Of a stretch of DNA of 64,000 bases, positions 24,284 to 36,589 are shown piece by piece. Positions within the stretch are counted from its first letter, which is position 1. The number at the start of each line of letters is the position of its first letter. Location of the stretch: the NCBI GenBank assembly GCA_964019425.1, contig OZ025797.1:434001-498000 (forward strand). Direction: 5' to 3'. Both the position numbers and the translations under genes were made by a program. The notes beneath the pieces are model-generated. The model was not told the origin of the DNA, did no database searches, and saw only the letters and a program-made list of their open reading frames with translations. The stretch is from Flectonema sp. DT1601. Its lineage: Eukaryota.

Positions 24284-26479
24284 ACAATGAGGTTCTTAGT
24301 TCTGTTTTGATTTGTTTGTTATTATTATTCTGTCGCAACATTTGAGAAGTATGTTTCTTCATTTTCGCCCGTGAGGCAGAATTCATCTTTTTTTTTTTTT
24401 TTTTTTTGCATCAATATCTTTGTCAGATGTTGTACTGTTTCGCCACCTAGTAAGCGTAGCTGTCATTCAGAAGTTCTCAGCTATCGAATAGTTATAGTTA
24501 TCCCTTCGGCACATTACGGTATTGCAGTACTTTCTTGTGTCTTCTATTAGAGTCGTATCATAATCTATGAATGGAGTTTCTTTCTTTCTTTTTTTTTTTT
24601 TTTGACTTTCATTCGTTGTAGACTAACACGAATCAACAAATAGAGGCTGTTTTCACATCTGTTTGGAAAGTGAAAATGCGACTTACCACAGAAGCTGCGA
24701 GGGAGGGCAGACTATAAATATTCAGTCTTGCGCATTTGCTATCATTTTTTTTCTTCTTTTTAAAAAAACTGCTGTCATCTGTCAGGTGAGGTGTTGCTTC
24801 TTCAAACTTCAGCGCAAGTCCACTTCCAATAGTCTTATTGCGGTCACTGAACAACTCCTAAAAGCATTCATTTTCCCTTGTCATCCACGTATAAAGAAGC
24901 TTAATAGTTACAACAAGAGGCTGAGTTGATTAACAATGTGGCTCACTGGATATTTTACAGATGTCAAATTATCGTTTGCGTCACTTGTATTCTACGAGAA
25001 CAAACAAACAATTATCCAGCTGTTAGCCAGTGAGTGACTACTAGTGTGTTTCTTTTTTTTTTTTTTTTGATATTTGTCAAAGTTTCACCTCCTGTTAACC
25101 AGTGAGTAGTAAGGAATACAACTTATATTCCTCTGATTTTATTTGTATTATGGGGGGCTTGAACACAAAAAACTAAAACCGACATCTTTCTATTTTGGTA
25201 TTTCCTTTTCTTCGAGCACAAACAAAACATTATAGCGATAGTTTAGTAAAAGCTGAAATCTTTGGATCATTAGATGCCAAGTTCAAGTCCGACTGAATAC
25301 ATTTTCTTTTCCCCCTATTTCTAACTGAATCGAATTTTTCTGGTTAACTCGAAAATATGACGTTTGTTGTGAAGCTTTCATTATTAAGGATTTTATTTTA
25401 TTTTCTTCCGATCAACGGCAGGCCTGTGTGTTATTATCATTAGTTTTTTTTCGTATGAGTTATCAAGGAATTTGTTTTCTTTTTATTAATTGCTTAGCTC
25501 AACAGTTCAAGTCTTGACTTTATACTTGTTCTTGACACTCTTAGCGAAAATAGAACATAAGAACAAGGTGTGTTTTTTTTTCCTTTTTTTTTTCGAAACC
25601 TTATTTTTTTAAAAAAATCTATATCTTTGACTAGGTGAACTCTTTTTATAACAAACTCATATTTTTTTAAACCGACAAAAGAAAAATTTAAATGCTTTCG
25701 AATAGTTGCCTACAAAATAAATAATCGCAACCGCAGCCGCACAGTGTTGCAAGTGCCGTCATATCTGAACTTGGCGGCCCCGTTTTTCTGAGATTCCAAA
25801 TAACGTAATGTGAAATGGAAATAGAAATTGATGGGGCTTTGTTTCAGATCGACCTGTTAGTTGATTATTTTTAGCGCAGTGTTCACTGCGACACCTGGAT
25901 ATGACGGGGATCAACAGAAAGTGCCCTCTACCTTCGAACCCTCCATGATGATATGCGACAAGGTTTTATTTTACCGTTACCATGAGACATGTGTACTAGC
26001 CTATGGTGAATAGTCTCTTCATGTTACGCTGGAAATCCGATCACTTAAGAACGCCAACACTCGCAGATATTTCTTCTTTGGAAAAAAAAAAAAAAAAAAA
26101 AACACACGTTTTTACAAACTTACTCTTGTGCAATTTTTCAGCCAAATCCCTTCACCTTCAAAAAAAAAAAAAAAAATATATATACATAAAAACTTCCTTT
26201 ATAAAAAAAAAATAGTCAGCTGCAATGCGAAATTCGCTCAATCGTAAATCCAATGAAAAGATGTGTTTAATCCTTCTTGTTTATGTTGTTCAAAAAAAAA
26301 AAAAAAAAAAGGATGTTTGTAATTGCGCTTAAGTTGCAATTTCGTATATAATTTTGATAGCGTTTTTTAATGTACACGTCTCAATTGCATTACAGATTAA
26401 GCAGCAATGCTGTAATGTGGAGTTAATATACTATGAAAACTAATTTTCTTATAAATAACTTCATTGCAGAACAGGTACA

Positions 26480-27133
26480 ATGCATGCCGACAAACGAATC
26501 GCTGCACACAAACACACGTTAGCTGCGATTGAAAATACGCTAACACGTCATGAGATAGAACGAGAGAAAATTATTGAGGAATTAAAAGAAAGAGAAGGGA
26601 AAAGGAAAAATAAAGGAACTGTAACACGAACAGTCAGAGAACAACGAGGGAAGAAAGTACGGCAGCAGAGAGATGCTGCAGAAAAGGAAAGGTTAGTAAG
26701 AATGAGTAAGAAATCGGACGAGGTTTTTGAAAACACGACAATCTTAAATCAGCAACGAGATCAACGACATGCCTCTGCTATGCGAGTCCGAACTATGGCA
26801 CGTGAGCTCTGTTCTCAACAAGTACGAGGAGATGAAGAGAGGAGATTCAAAGCACTTCGTCGCAGACTTGACCGCGAGCAAGCAGCACACGACTATCATC
26901 GTCAGTTCTGCGATGATGTAAAAGATAAGTCAGTTGATCAATTAACATCATTATCATCTCATCGTCTACCAGTATCAGAATATAATCCATTCAAACAACG
27001 AACAGATGCCAAGCGATTCAAGTCTGTTCATGGTCGAATCCGTCCCTCGACCGCAACTCTGGTGCGACTCAGCGACAAATTAGACAACTATGCCGGAGGA
27101 TCAAATGTCTATTATTCTTTTAGAGTCCAGTAG
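26480..27133 (+). CDS. Hypothetical coiled-coil protein
   Basis: 217-aa R/E/Q-rich ORF on the coding strand, with an AG just upstream of the ATG. Confidence 0.6.
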   Translation: MHADKRIAAHKHTLAAIENTLTRHEIEREKIIEELKEREGKRKNKGTVTRTVREQRGKKVRQQRDAAEKERLVRMSKKSDEVFENTTILNQQRDQRHASAMRVRTMARELCSQQVRGDEERRFKALRRRLDREQAAHDYHRQFCDDVKDKSVDQLTSLSSHRLPVSEYNPFKQRTDAKRFKSVHGRIRPSTATLVRLSDKLDNYAGGSNVYYSFRVQ

Positions 27134-27835
27134 TAAGTCGGGTGTTACTAATGTTGTGCATCCAACAGTTTTCTTTATTATTATTCATGGTTAACAATGT
27201 ACTCAGTAATATAAAGTATAGTATACCTATTATTTATCATTATTTTTGATTATTGTTCTCCTATCACATCTATCTAACGACTTCAGTAAGAAAGTATTAC
27301 TAGGTGAGGATATTTTTGTATCTGTTTTGCATTGCTCCTTTGGAAGCAGCGTCACCTGGATTTGTTTTTGTTTTTGTTTCAGTGATTTGACTTTGAAACA
27401 AAGGCTAATCCTCAACTTTTGTATCTGTTTTTTCTTATTTTTAAGGTTTATTCTTTTCCCTCTCTTTAAAAACATACCTCCTGCTTCTTAATCAACAAAA
27501 CCGAACATGGTCAAGACGTTCCTTGACCTCGCAATGCATGTTGAAAACTGACAATAAAGCTTTCGGTTTCTCTCCTTTCGGTTAGGTAATGCCTAGCACG
27601 AATCTACACCCTCTGTTATGAGTTTTGTTCTTTTCTTTAGATAGTATCTCAGTGATTTGATTGTTTTATTATTTTATTTAAAACAGTACACAGTACGTAG
27701 AGCGTGTGAAGGGTGATGTTCTAAATATTCTGATTATTGTTAAGAGTCACCAGCTGTTATTAAATTGGATTGAAGTATTCTTTTTGGTTATTATCTTTGC
27801 ACAGCAGCCATTCGCAACACACACGCATCCCAAAC

Positions 27836-28852
27836 ATGAAGTTGTCACTTGCTCTTTTGTCAGTTCCTTGCCTGGCTGCCGGGCTTTCAGCCTCGGCCGA
27901 TGATATTGCCCACCTTGCGTTTGACTCGTTCAAGAACCAGTATAACAAGAAGTACGTCAGCGAGGTTGAGGAAGCGAAGAGATACGAAGCCTTCAAGGCG
28001 TCGCTCGACAGAGTTGCGGCTTCGGGAAACCCAACTCACGGAATCACGAAGTTCAGTGACATGACTCCTGAGGAGTTCAAGGCAACGTACTTGAGCGCCC
28101 GCCCTCTTCAGAAGAGTAGCCCACCTGTCGCGGAATGGGATGGTGAGTGCACTGCTTGCAAGAGATTCCCTGAACTCAGCAACCTGAAGAACGCGACCTC
28201 ATTCGACTGGACTACCAAGGGAGCAGTGACTAAGGTGAAGAACCAGGGACAGTGTGGATCTTGTTGGAGTTTCGGAACCACTGGAGACATCGAGGGAACG
28301 TGGTTCTTGGCTGGACACGACCTCACTTCCCTTTCTGAGCAGGAGTTGGTGTCGTGTGACAAGACCGACGATGGCTGTGGTGGAGGTCTTCAAGAGTCAG
28401 CTTTCGCTTGGGTGATCAAACAAGGAGGACTCACTACCGAAGAGAACTATCCGTACACGAGCAAGCTGGGATTTGTTGAACCTTGCAAGGAGGCGAAGAT
28501 GAAACCGATTGCGGCTTCGATCAAGACTTGGTACCAGGTGTCAAAGCACGCTGGTGGTGAGTCGAAGATCGAGTCGCAACTTCCTCATGTTGGACCGATC
28601 ACCATCGGTATTAACGCCACACCTATGCAGGACTACAAGGGTGGAATTGACAACCCAAGAGTGTGCTCTGGACTTGAACTCGACCACGCTGTGTTGATTG
28701 TTGGATTCGGTTCTGAGAACGGTGTTGACTACTGGAAGATTAAAAACTCATGGGCAGCTGACTGGGGAGAGGAAGGTTACTACAGAATCGTTCGTGGTGT
28801 AAACAAGTGTGGTCTCGCCAATGACGCTGTCCACAGTGTTGTCAACAACTAA
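27836..28852 (+). CDS. Papain-family (C1A) cathepsin L/F-like cysteine protease
   Basis: Signal peptide, I29-like propeptide (HGITKFSDMTPEEF), QGQCGSCW, LDHAV, KNSW. Confidence 0.93.
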   Translation: MKLSLALLSVPCLAAGLSASADDIAHLAFDSFKNQYNKKYVSEVEEAKRYEAFKASLDRVAASGNPTHGITKFSDMTPEEFKATYLSARPLQKSSPPVAEWDGECTACKRFPELSNLKNATSFDWTTKGAVTKVKNQGQCGSCWSFGTTGDIEGTWFLAGHDLTSLSEQELVSCDKTDDGCGGGLQESAFAWVIKQGGLTTEENYPYTSKLGFVEPCKEAKMKPIAASIKTWYQVSKHAGGESKIESQLPHVGPITIGINATPMQDYKGGIDNPRVCSGLELDHAVLIVGFGSENGVDYWKIKNSWAADWGEEGYYRIVRGVNKCGLANDAVHSVVNN

Positions 28853-29453
28853 GTATTGCTATATAATCGTTCGTGGTGTAAACAAGTGTACTCTTGCCGA
28901 CAACGCTGTCCACAGTGTTGTCAACAACTAAGTAATTACGTTCTCATTCTCTCTGTCTGTTATTTTATTTAATTGTTTGGATTTGATTTTCTCTGCTGAA
29001 ATGTTTAGCAGTAATGTCATCACGTTCGTTTTTCTCTTTTGACCCTTTTTCGTTGGCAAGCGTTCACATTCGGTTGAACAAGAACAAGTTGACCTCGTCT
29101 TTTTTTTAGGTTCATAAGTATTCTATGATCTCCTATTAAGAAGATTCCATTGATTTCTATAATCCATTTCTATTAAACAAGGCTTCCGCGTACACCATCG
29201 AAGGTGTATTTGCCAAGTCGTGTTTCCTCTCTTTTGATGCTGCTTGTTTCTTTGGTGGCGTCGATTGTGTAATTTTTAATGTTTTTTTCTTGATCGCATT
29301 CTTTGGCCCTACACTAACGTAAGCGGATACCTTTTAAATTAAATTTTCTCGCAGGTCACTCGAAACAATGAAAAAAGATTTCACTCAAAAAGTATGTCAA
29401 AAGTATGTCCATGAATTGTTATAAAGTTTTTATAAAACAGCTCATCAAATATA

Positions 29454-32400
29454 ATGAACAATGTGATGAGTATCGTGACCATCTTAGTGATGGTGATGGG
29501 AATAGACAGTCAAACAGCGACTCTGACACTGACGCTAACCGAGTCGTTAACGGGGTCGTTAACCGAGTCGTTAACAGAATCGCTAACAGAATCGCTAACC
29601 GGGTCGTTAACGGGGTCGTTAACAGAATCGCTAACCGAGTCGTTAACAGCCTCGTTGACAGGGTCGTTAACAGAATCGTTAACGGGGTCGTTAACAGTAA
29701 CATCGTCGCTGTCTCTGAGGACTAGAACGTTAACGGAATCGTTACCAACTAGGACAGAAACTAGTTCACTCTCTCTCGGAACTCTGACTAATACTGAGTC
29801 ACTACCAACAGGGACAGAGACGTTTAGTTTAACTCAAAGCTCTTCGATATCAGATAGCATTAGTTTATCATTATCACCTTCTAGAAGTATATCCAAATCC
29901 TTAACTTTATCGAATAGTAAAACTATATCACTAACTGTGACACATTCACTGACTGCAACTGATCCAATTACAAATACCAATACTTTCTCATTAACACCGT
30001 CAGACACGTTGTCTCGTACTAAAACTTTTTCATTAACAAAAACTGATTCACTTACTGCAACAGATAGTATGACAGGTTTGACAGCTACTGAAACAGTTTC
30101 GATTTCAAAGACTTTTTCAAAAACATTGACGGAGACGGATTCTGTGACGAAAACTTTTTCGTTACCAACGGCGACAAGTACTTTTTCAGAAACATTAGGA
30201 ACTCGATCACGAACTACTTCTCTAACAGTGTCTGATAGTATTTCACCTTCGATGTCTAAATCTCTAACCCAATCATTGTCGGCAACACCAACTATTACTT
30301 CATCAAAAACGATGAGTGATTCACTATCCCCAACTGAATCAGTCTCTCCTACAAAGACAAGCTCATCATCTCTAACAAGATCTGTGTCTCCGACTGGTTC
30401 TTTAACCCCCAGAAGTAAAACTGTAACTTTATCACCGTCACTGTCACGTTCAAACACATTAACGATTAGTTTGTTGCGTAGTCTGTCGCCATCACTCTCT
30501 CTGACTATTTCAAACACAAACAGTTTGTCGCAATCGAATTCGTTTTCGAAAACGAGTTCGAAATCGATGACGGTGTCTGAAAGTGATACGAGCAGTGTTA
30601 CTAATTCAGATTCTATTTCCGTTAGCAGATCAGTGTCGAATACAAGAACGAAGTCTTTGACAGCAACTAGTACGTTGACAGCAACTTATTATTCTATTTC
30701 TCGAACTTCAACTCGTACTGTTCCAACAAAGACACAGTCGATATCGATGAGTGTGTCAAAGTCGTTGAGTGGAAGTAAAACACTTCCGACTGTGACGGAA
30801 TCGATATCATTGTCGAGGAGTGTATCAGCAAGTGTATCGAATAGTTTGAGTAGATCACCAGAGATGACAGCTTCACTTACAAAAAGCATCTCAATATCCA
30901 GAGACTTGCCAGTCCCAACAAACACTCTTACGTTAGTTCCAACAGCTCCCCCGACACCTGCCCCACCAACTGCGACTTTGACCATTGTTCTTCCGATACT
31001 ACAAAGGTCTGATCCGGTCACGTTAACGTTAGCAGGTGACTTGGCAGCTTTTAATGCCGCTGCTCTGGAGACTGGAATCCGAAGTGCGTTAAGTTTAATC
31101 ATCACCATCACGATATTAATTCAGAATCCGCGTGCGGTATGTGTTAGGTTGTTTACACAATTGTTTATAATCACTTTTATATAAAACCTTTTAAATAATA
31201 ACAAACAGGGTTCTGTACTAACTGATGTTGTTTTTACAACAACTGATCCCAACTCTGTTACAGCAGTTGGAGTTGCGGGTGCTAACTTGCTAGCGCAGAG
31301 TAACAATCCAACATCAGCACTGAGAACTACAACTGGAGTACAGTCTGGAGTACTTCTAACAACACCAGCACCAGCTAGTAGTGATGATGGATTATCAGCA
31401 GGTATTATTGCTGCTATTGTTGTTGGATCGGTACTGGGATGTATTATTATAATTGCTTGTGTCTATGAATGTTGTTTTCGTAAAGAAGGTGACCCTTCTG
31501 TTTGGGAACACGTGACTAATGGATGGGGGTGGTTAGGTAGCTGGCTCTGCTGCTGCTGTAGCTGCGGTGAACAAAATGCTTACAACTCCCCAACAGGGTT
31601 TGCGAGAAGTGAAATAACTGCAGCCCTTCAACGCAGGTTTGGTTCTATTGAATTAGCAAGTCAAGAAGCTCAAAAATATAATCCACCAAACGCACCATCT
31701 GGTTGGATTCATATCCAGAGTCTTTCAGTTATAATGGAAGCAGCATTAGTATCTGAACATTATGCAGACTTTGTGAAAGTACTTCAACCAACTAATGATA
31801 TTTTTAGTGAGGCTGACTTTCTTAGGACATTGGAAGCTTCAACACTACCAACAGATTCTCACTCAGACCCTATTTTAGAATCGATGAAGAACTCTTTTAG
31901 AAGAGCTGGTGGTGTTAATGGATTCGTTGATGCTACTAAATTAGTTGTTGCTCTTCAACAAGACCCTGGGTCACTCTATCTCAGACACCATGGTCATGAA
32001 CACAATTGGGGTGCTCCTGTACTTCAAGAACTTCAAGCAATGGATCACCGCGTTATAACTTGGGGAGAGTTTGAACAAAAGTGTTCCGTCGCTATTCAAA
32101 ACTCACGACTTGTAACATCACAGGCATCACCTCCAATGAGTGCTCCTGCACCTGCTAATGCTCTACCGGTATGTGTTTGATTTTTTGGTTTATTGATAGG
32201 AACTTGTTGTTAGAAATCTTCATTGGCTGGTAAATAAAAAAAACAAACAAACAGTTTGCTGTCGGAACTGAAGTGCTTGCGGCATTTCATGGAGAGTGGT
32301 ACGAAGCAATAGTTACAGATCAAGTGTTACCAGGTGGTATCCTTGGTACTGATGCTGGTTATGCTGTTATGTGGGATGAGGGAACTGAATCACTTGTACT

Positions 32401-32818
32401 AGCGCATGAGGTAAAAATGAGGGAACAGCAACAACAACAGCACCCGTTGGTCCCACCAGCAGCAGTGCCAGTTGTGCAACAACAGCGACAGCAATCACAG
32501 CAATCTCAAAGACAATCACAACAATCACAACGGCAGCCACAACAACCGCAACAACAACAACAGCAGTCATTTGGTAGACCAGCAGACGATGTCCTGGACA
32601 TCGCAAGAGAAGTATCTCCAGTCACACCATACGCAATGGGATTAGCAGTGAATGCTTTATGGAATAATGATTGGTATCCAGGTCATATTGTTGATGTCAA
32701 GGAGTCATCAGGAACATATCTTTATTATCTTGACTGGGGTGATGGCAGTGGTACTAACGACATCCCACACGATCACATTGCTCCAATCGACAATAGTGCT
32801 GGTGCATACGGTTTTTAG
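29454..32818 (+). CDS. Mucin-like Ser/Thr-rich type I membrane protein with SEA-like domain and two cytoplasmic Tudor-like domains; exons 29454-31136, 31209-32168, 32255-32818
   Basis: Two GT-AG introns join three ORFs in frame; RA|GSVLTDVVF across exon junction 1; TM GIIAAIVVGSVLGCIIIIACV; repeats FAVGTEVLAAFHGEWYEAIV and YAMGLAVNALWNNDWYPGHIV. Confidence 0.75.
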
Positions 32819-34533
32819 ACTTCGTTGTCGTTTATATTTGTGATCATCCATCAACAGTTTGTGACTTATATATGAAGTGAGTTGATATGTTTGTTTTGTT
32901 TACTCTCCGAACGTTGTTCGTTGAAATCGAATAACACCTATATTAGAAATTAATATTATAACTTATTTGTAAAATAGTTATTCTGTAAATGGGGATACTT
33001 ATCCAATCAGGTTAATTGTAATAGAATGCGCACATCGTGAAAAAAACCACTTCATTATATATAATATCATTATTTCTTTTTTTTTTTTCCTCACGTAATA
33101 TCTGTTTTATCTTGTTTCTTTCTTTTACACTGTGGTTGGTTTTTATGTTTATTGTACTTCTTATTAACAACAGTGTCGAGGTGTATGACAGTGTGGTTAC
33201 CTTTGGAAGGATTATAAATACACTTTTTAAATAAAATATTTTCTATATTTCATTGTCAGTAGTAGTGTCTTCCTGTCTTCCGACCCGTCTTGTACATTTT
33301 GCCCTTCTCCGTTGTTGATCTTTTCGTATCGTATCAAACTCCCCGTTGTTGATTACTGCTTCATACTCCGATAAAAAAAATAGAAATATAGTTTTCTTAT
33401 TTAAGGAATACATGTGTGGAGGAGATCCACATCAGTGATTTATCGATGCATAATTATTAAGTTACTTTACAATTAGATTTGAAAGTTTAGTTAAGGAAAA
33501 ATAACAATAGATGTATAAAATTGGCTTTTGCATAGGTCGAAACCGCTAGTTGTTTCCTACCCTGTGTACTGGGGTGTTGGCAAAGCACTGGAGGAAAAAA
33601 AGAAAAAAAGAAAAAAAAAAAAAAAAAACAACAGCAATTCACTTACTAAATAAGTTTCAATACTGAATTCAGTAATGTAATTACGTCCTTGCTATTTGTA
33701 CACACAGCCCGTCGTTGCTACCGATTGGCTGTGAGCTCTCTGCGGGCAACTGATTAGAGTGAATTGTTTATTTCAGATATCTCATTTGTTTGCAATGAAG
33801 CTGTTGACTACTTTCTGATAATCAAATAATTTTTTGTATTCTTAGAACTGGAATCTCAGTTTTAGGGGGGGAAAAAAAAAAAAAAAAAAAATACTTAGAT
33901 AACGTAAGAAAAGAAGAAGAAAAAAAAGAAATTATCACAGAACTAACGAGCGCTTCCGGAACTTTTTTTTTTCTCTCACTTCGCTTTTTATTCAGAGCGT
34001 GGTTTGCATTAGTGCTCTTTTGTTTTTCCCCTTTTTTTTTGTCAAAGTTCCCCCCCCTTTTCCCCCTCTTTTTTTTTTCTTTCCCCTTCTTTATTTTCTT
34101 TATAACAATTATGTCAATATAGTAAACCATTTGAACTGAAGGGGAGAAAAAAGAAAAAAAAAGAAAATAAAATAAAATAAATAAAAACAAACGCACCCAA
34201 TCCCCTTCTGGTCTTTCCTGTGGCTCTTCGAACATATTTGCAAATGGCTAATGAATTGCTTTCGCCTTTTTTTTTGATGCTTTTATGCTTTCCGCTACGT
34301 TTTGCAGTAACACCTGCCTGGTTAATATTCAGAACCCTTTCTTGTATATTTACGAGAAAATGTATGTAATTCTTTTAGTATATTATTACCGTAGCGATAT
34401 TTGAATCACATCCCCCTAAGATAATTACAGGTATATGGATTACTCTCGTAATATAGTCACTAAGTCAATGTATCCTTAGGTAGGTGGTATTAATTCATTC
34501 ATTTCACAGACTCAAAGAGGGACACCAGACAAA

Positions 34534-35852
34534 ATGTCGGGAAGGCAATGGAGGCCTTCCAAGACTTTGATGATGATAATTTGCGTAGCAGCAGTTGCGT
34601 TAATTCTTGTGTTGAATTTTGTGTTCTTTAGCAGTGAGTCTCACGCAGAGACGTTGCGCAGACACGGTATATTCTTAGAGAAGAAGAAACCCGTCCACGA
34701 AGAAAAGATTATCCTAAAGTCACAGGAAGAAGATCTAAAACACGAAACTACAGATCACGAAGTAAAGAATGAAGAAAAACCTAAGGTTGCCGTCCCAGAA
34801 AAACACGATCCAGAATTCGTTACTTGGCATAGGCTAAAGATACCTGTAAATGAAGAATGGGATTTTCACGGACTCAAAGTACCTGTCTCGACAGCATTAT
34901 CACGCGCTGCTCCGGGTCAAATTAAGGCAGACTACGACTACGCTGATGTCCATCCTGATGATATCCCAAAAGGGTATACATTCCCAGAGACCCCTGACTT
35001 CTTATACCCAGAGAGAAATGATAGATTATTTCACACAGTATCAACTGTTCCGAGAGCATTGTTCTTTCCAGAGCTTGCAACTCCAGAAGAAGCACAGCTG
35101 ATTATGGACACGGCCATGCCTCGGTTAGCAAGATCTCAAGTAGCTCTCTCTAAGGATAGTACTAAAAAAAAAGAGTCGAACACTCAAGAAGTTCGTACAT
35201 CTAAATCAACTTGGGTTAACCTGGATGGGAAATTGGAGGGTCTTGAAAAAAGAGTCACTGGGATTATGAGAAGTGGTTGGCATGAACCTATGAATGTCCT
35301 TCGCTACGGTTACAACCAGCACTACGATGCTCACCATGATTGTATGTTTTTTTTTTTTTTTTTTTTTTTTTTGTACTACAACGTTAATTTATTTCAATTG
35401 GGTTTCCTTAATTACATAAAAATAAATATAAACAGATTTCGACCCTAACATGTACGGTGAACAGAACAGCAACAGATTCGCTACGATATTTTTCCACTTG
35501 AATTACACCAATGCGGGAGGGGCAACTACTCTTCCCCGAGCAAACAATGGAAGAAATCCTCCCGACTACAAAGAGAATTCGTGTAATAGAGGTCTTCAGA
35601 TTTATCCTTTGAAACCTGGATCGGCAATACTGTTTTATGGAATGAGGCCAGATAAGTCTCTAGACCCTCACTCTTTGCATGGAGGGTGCGACGTAAAAGA
35701 TGGTTCTAAGTGGGCAGGTGCTATTTGGTATGTAAATATAAATTCAATGAAGTGACTTCAAGGACCTTAGTAATCTATTAATCATCAAAGTAATAACACA
35801 AATCAGGTTCCGTGTTCAAGTACCAAAGGGAGCAGGTAAGAGTCACGAGTAG
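34534..35852 (+). CDS. P4H: Prolyl 4-hydroxylase (2OG-Fe(II) dioxygenase), type II membrane; exons 34534-35341, 35436-35727, 35807-35852
   Basis: VRTS, VLRY..NQHYDAHHDYF (spliced), GGATT, SLHGGC, KWAGAIW; both introns are GT-AG and in frame. Confidence 0.88.
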
Positions 35853-36589
35853 GTAAGTTATTACAACCAACGTCACTGTTCATCCTTCTGCACTGAGAGA
35901 GTGTTGTGATATTTATTTCACACATCACTTTTGTATTGTTTAACCAGATTACATACTTGTCAATACTGTCATCTGTTGATAAACAAAAACAAAAAAAAAA
36001 AAAAATTAAAAAGAACTTATTGAGAAACCTTCAATATTTAAACCTGCAGGTTGCTTCCACATCCGACCTGAAAGTCGACTCTCATTCGTATTTGTTGTTC
36101 TTTTTTTTTTCCGGTTCGCTTGTGTCTTTCCTTTGTGATGCGCACCAAAAATGATTAATTAAACTTCCTAGTTATAAATTATTTTTTATTAAAACACCCA
36201 AACAGAGTTCAAAATAAATGAATCTCATCGTACGAAACCTCCGAGAAATGTTTTGTAAATATGAATTTTACGCCTAATTCCACAAAAATAGGTTGCGAAA
36301 TCGCCAACTCATCACAAAAATATTTAACCACTCAAAACAACACACCGTGACAGAAAAAAATTCAAAATTTGAGAATGAGCTTCGTGTGTCCAGTTTTAAG
36401 GATGTGGGACCGTTTCCCCTCTTCTGACGTCCTCAGGTGGAGCCTACCAAATGTTTCCCGTGTTTTCCAATTGTCAGACTTAAATTCAAAAGAAAGTATA
36501 AAGAAAGACAAACATAGAAGTGAAAAGAACAAAAAAAAACAAAGAGTCTGGAAGCACAGACGAGTGTAACCAAAAAAAAAAGAAATTCC

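Noticed and set aside
25210..25300. Possible tRNA gene
   Set aside because: Only a gttcaagtcc B-box-like motif; no consistent cloverleaf stems.
29405..31111. Alternative-frame and antisense ORFs over the mucin gene
   Set aside because: Shadows of low-complexity Ser/Thr codons.
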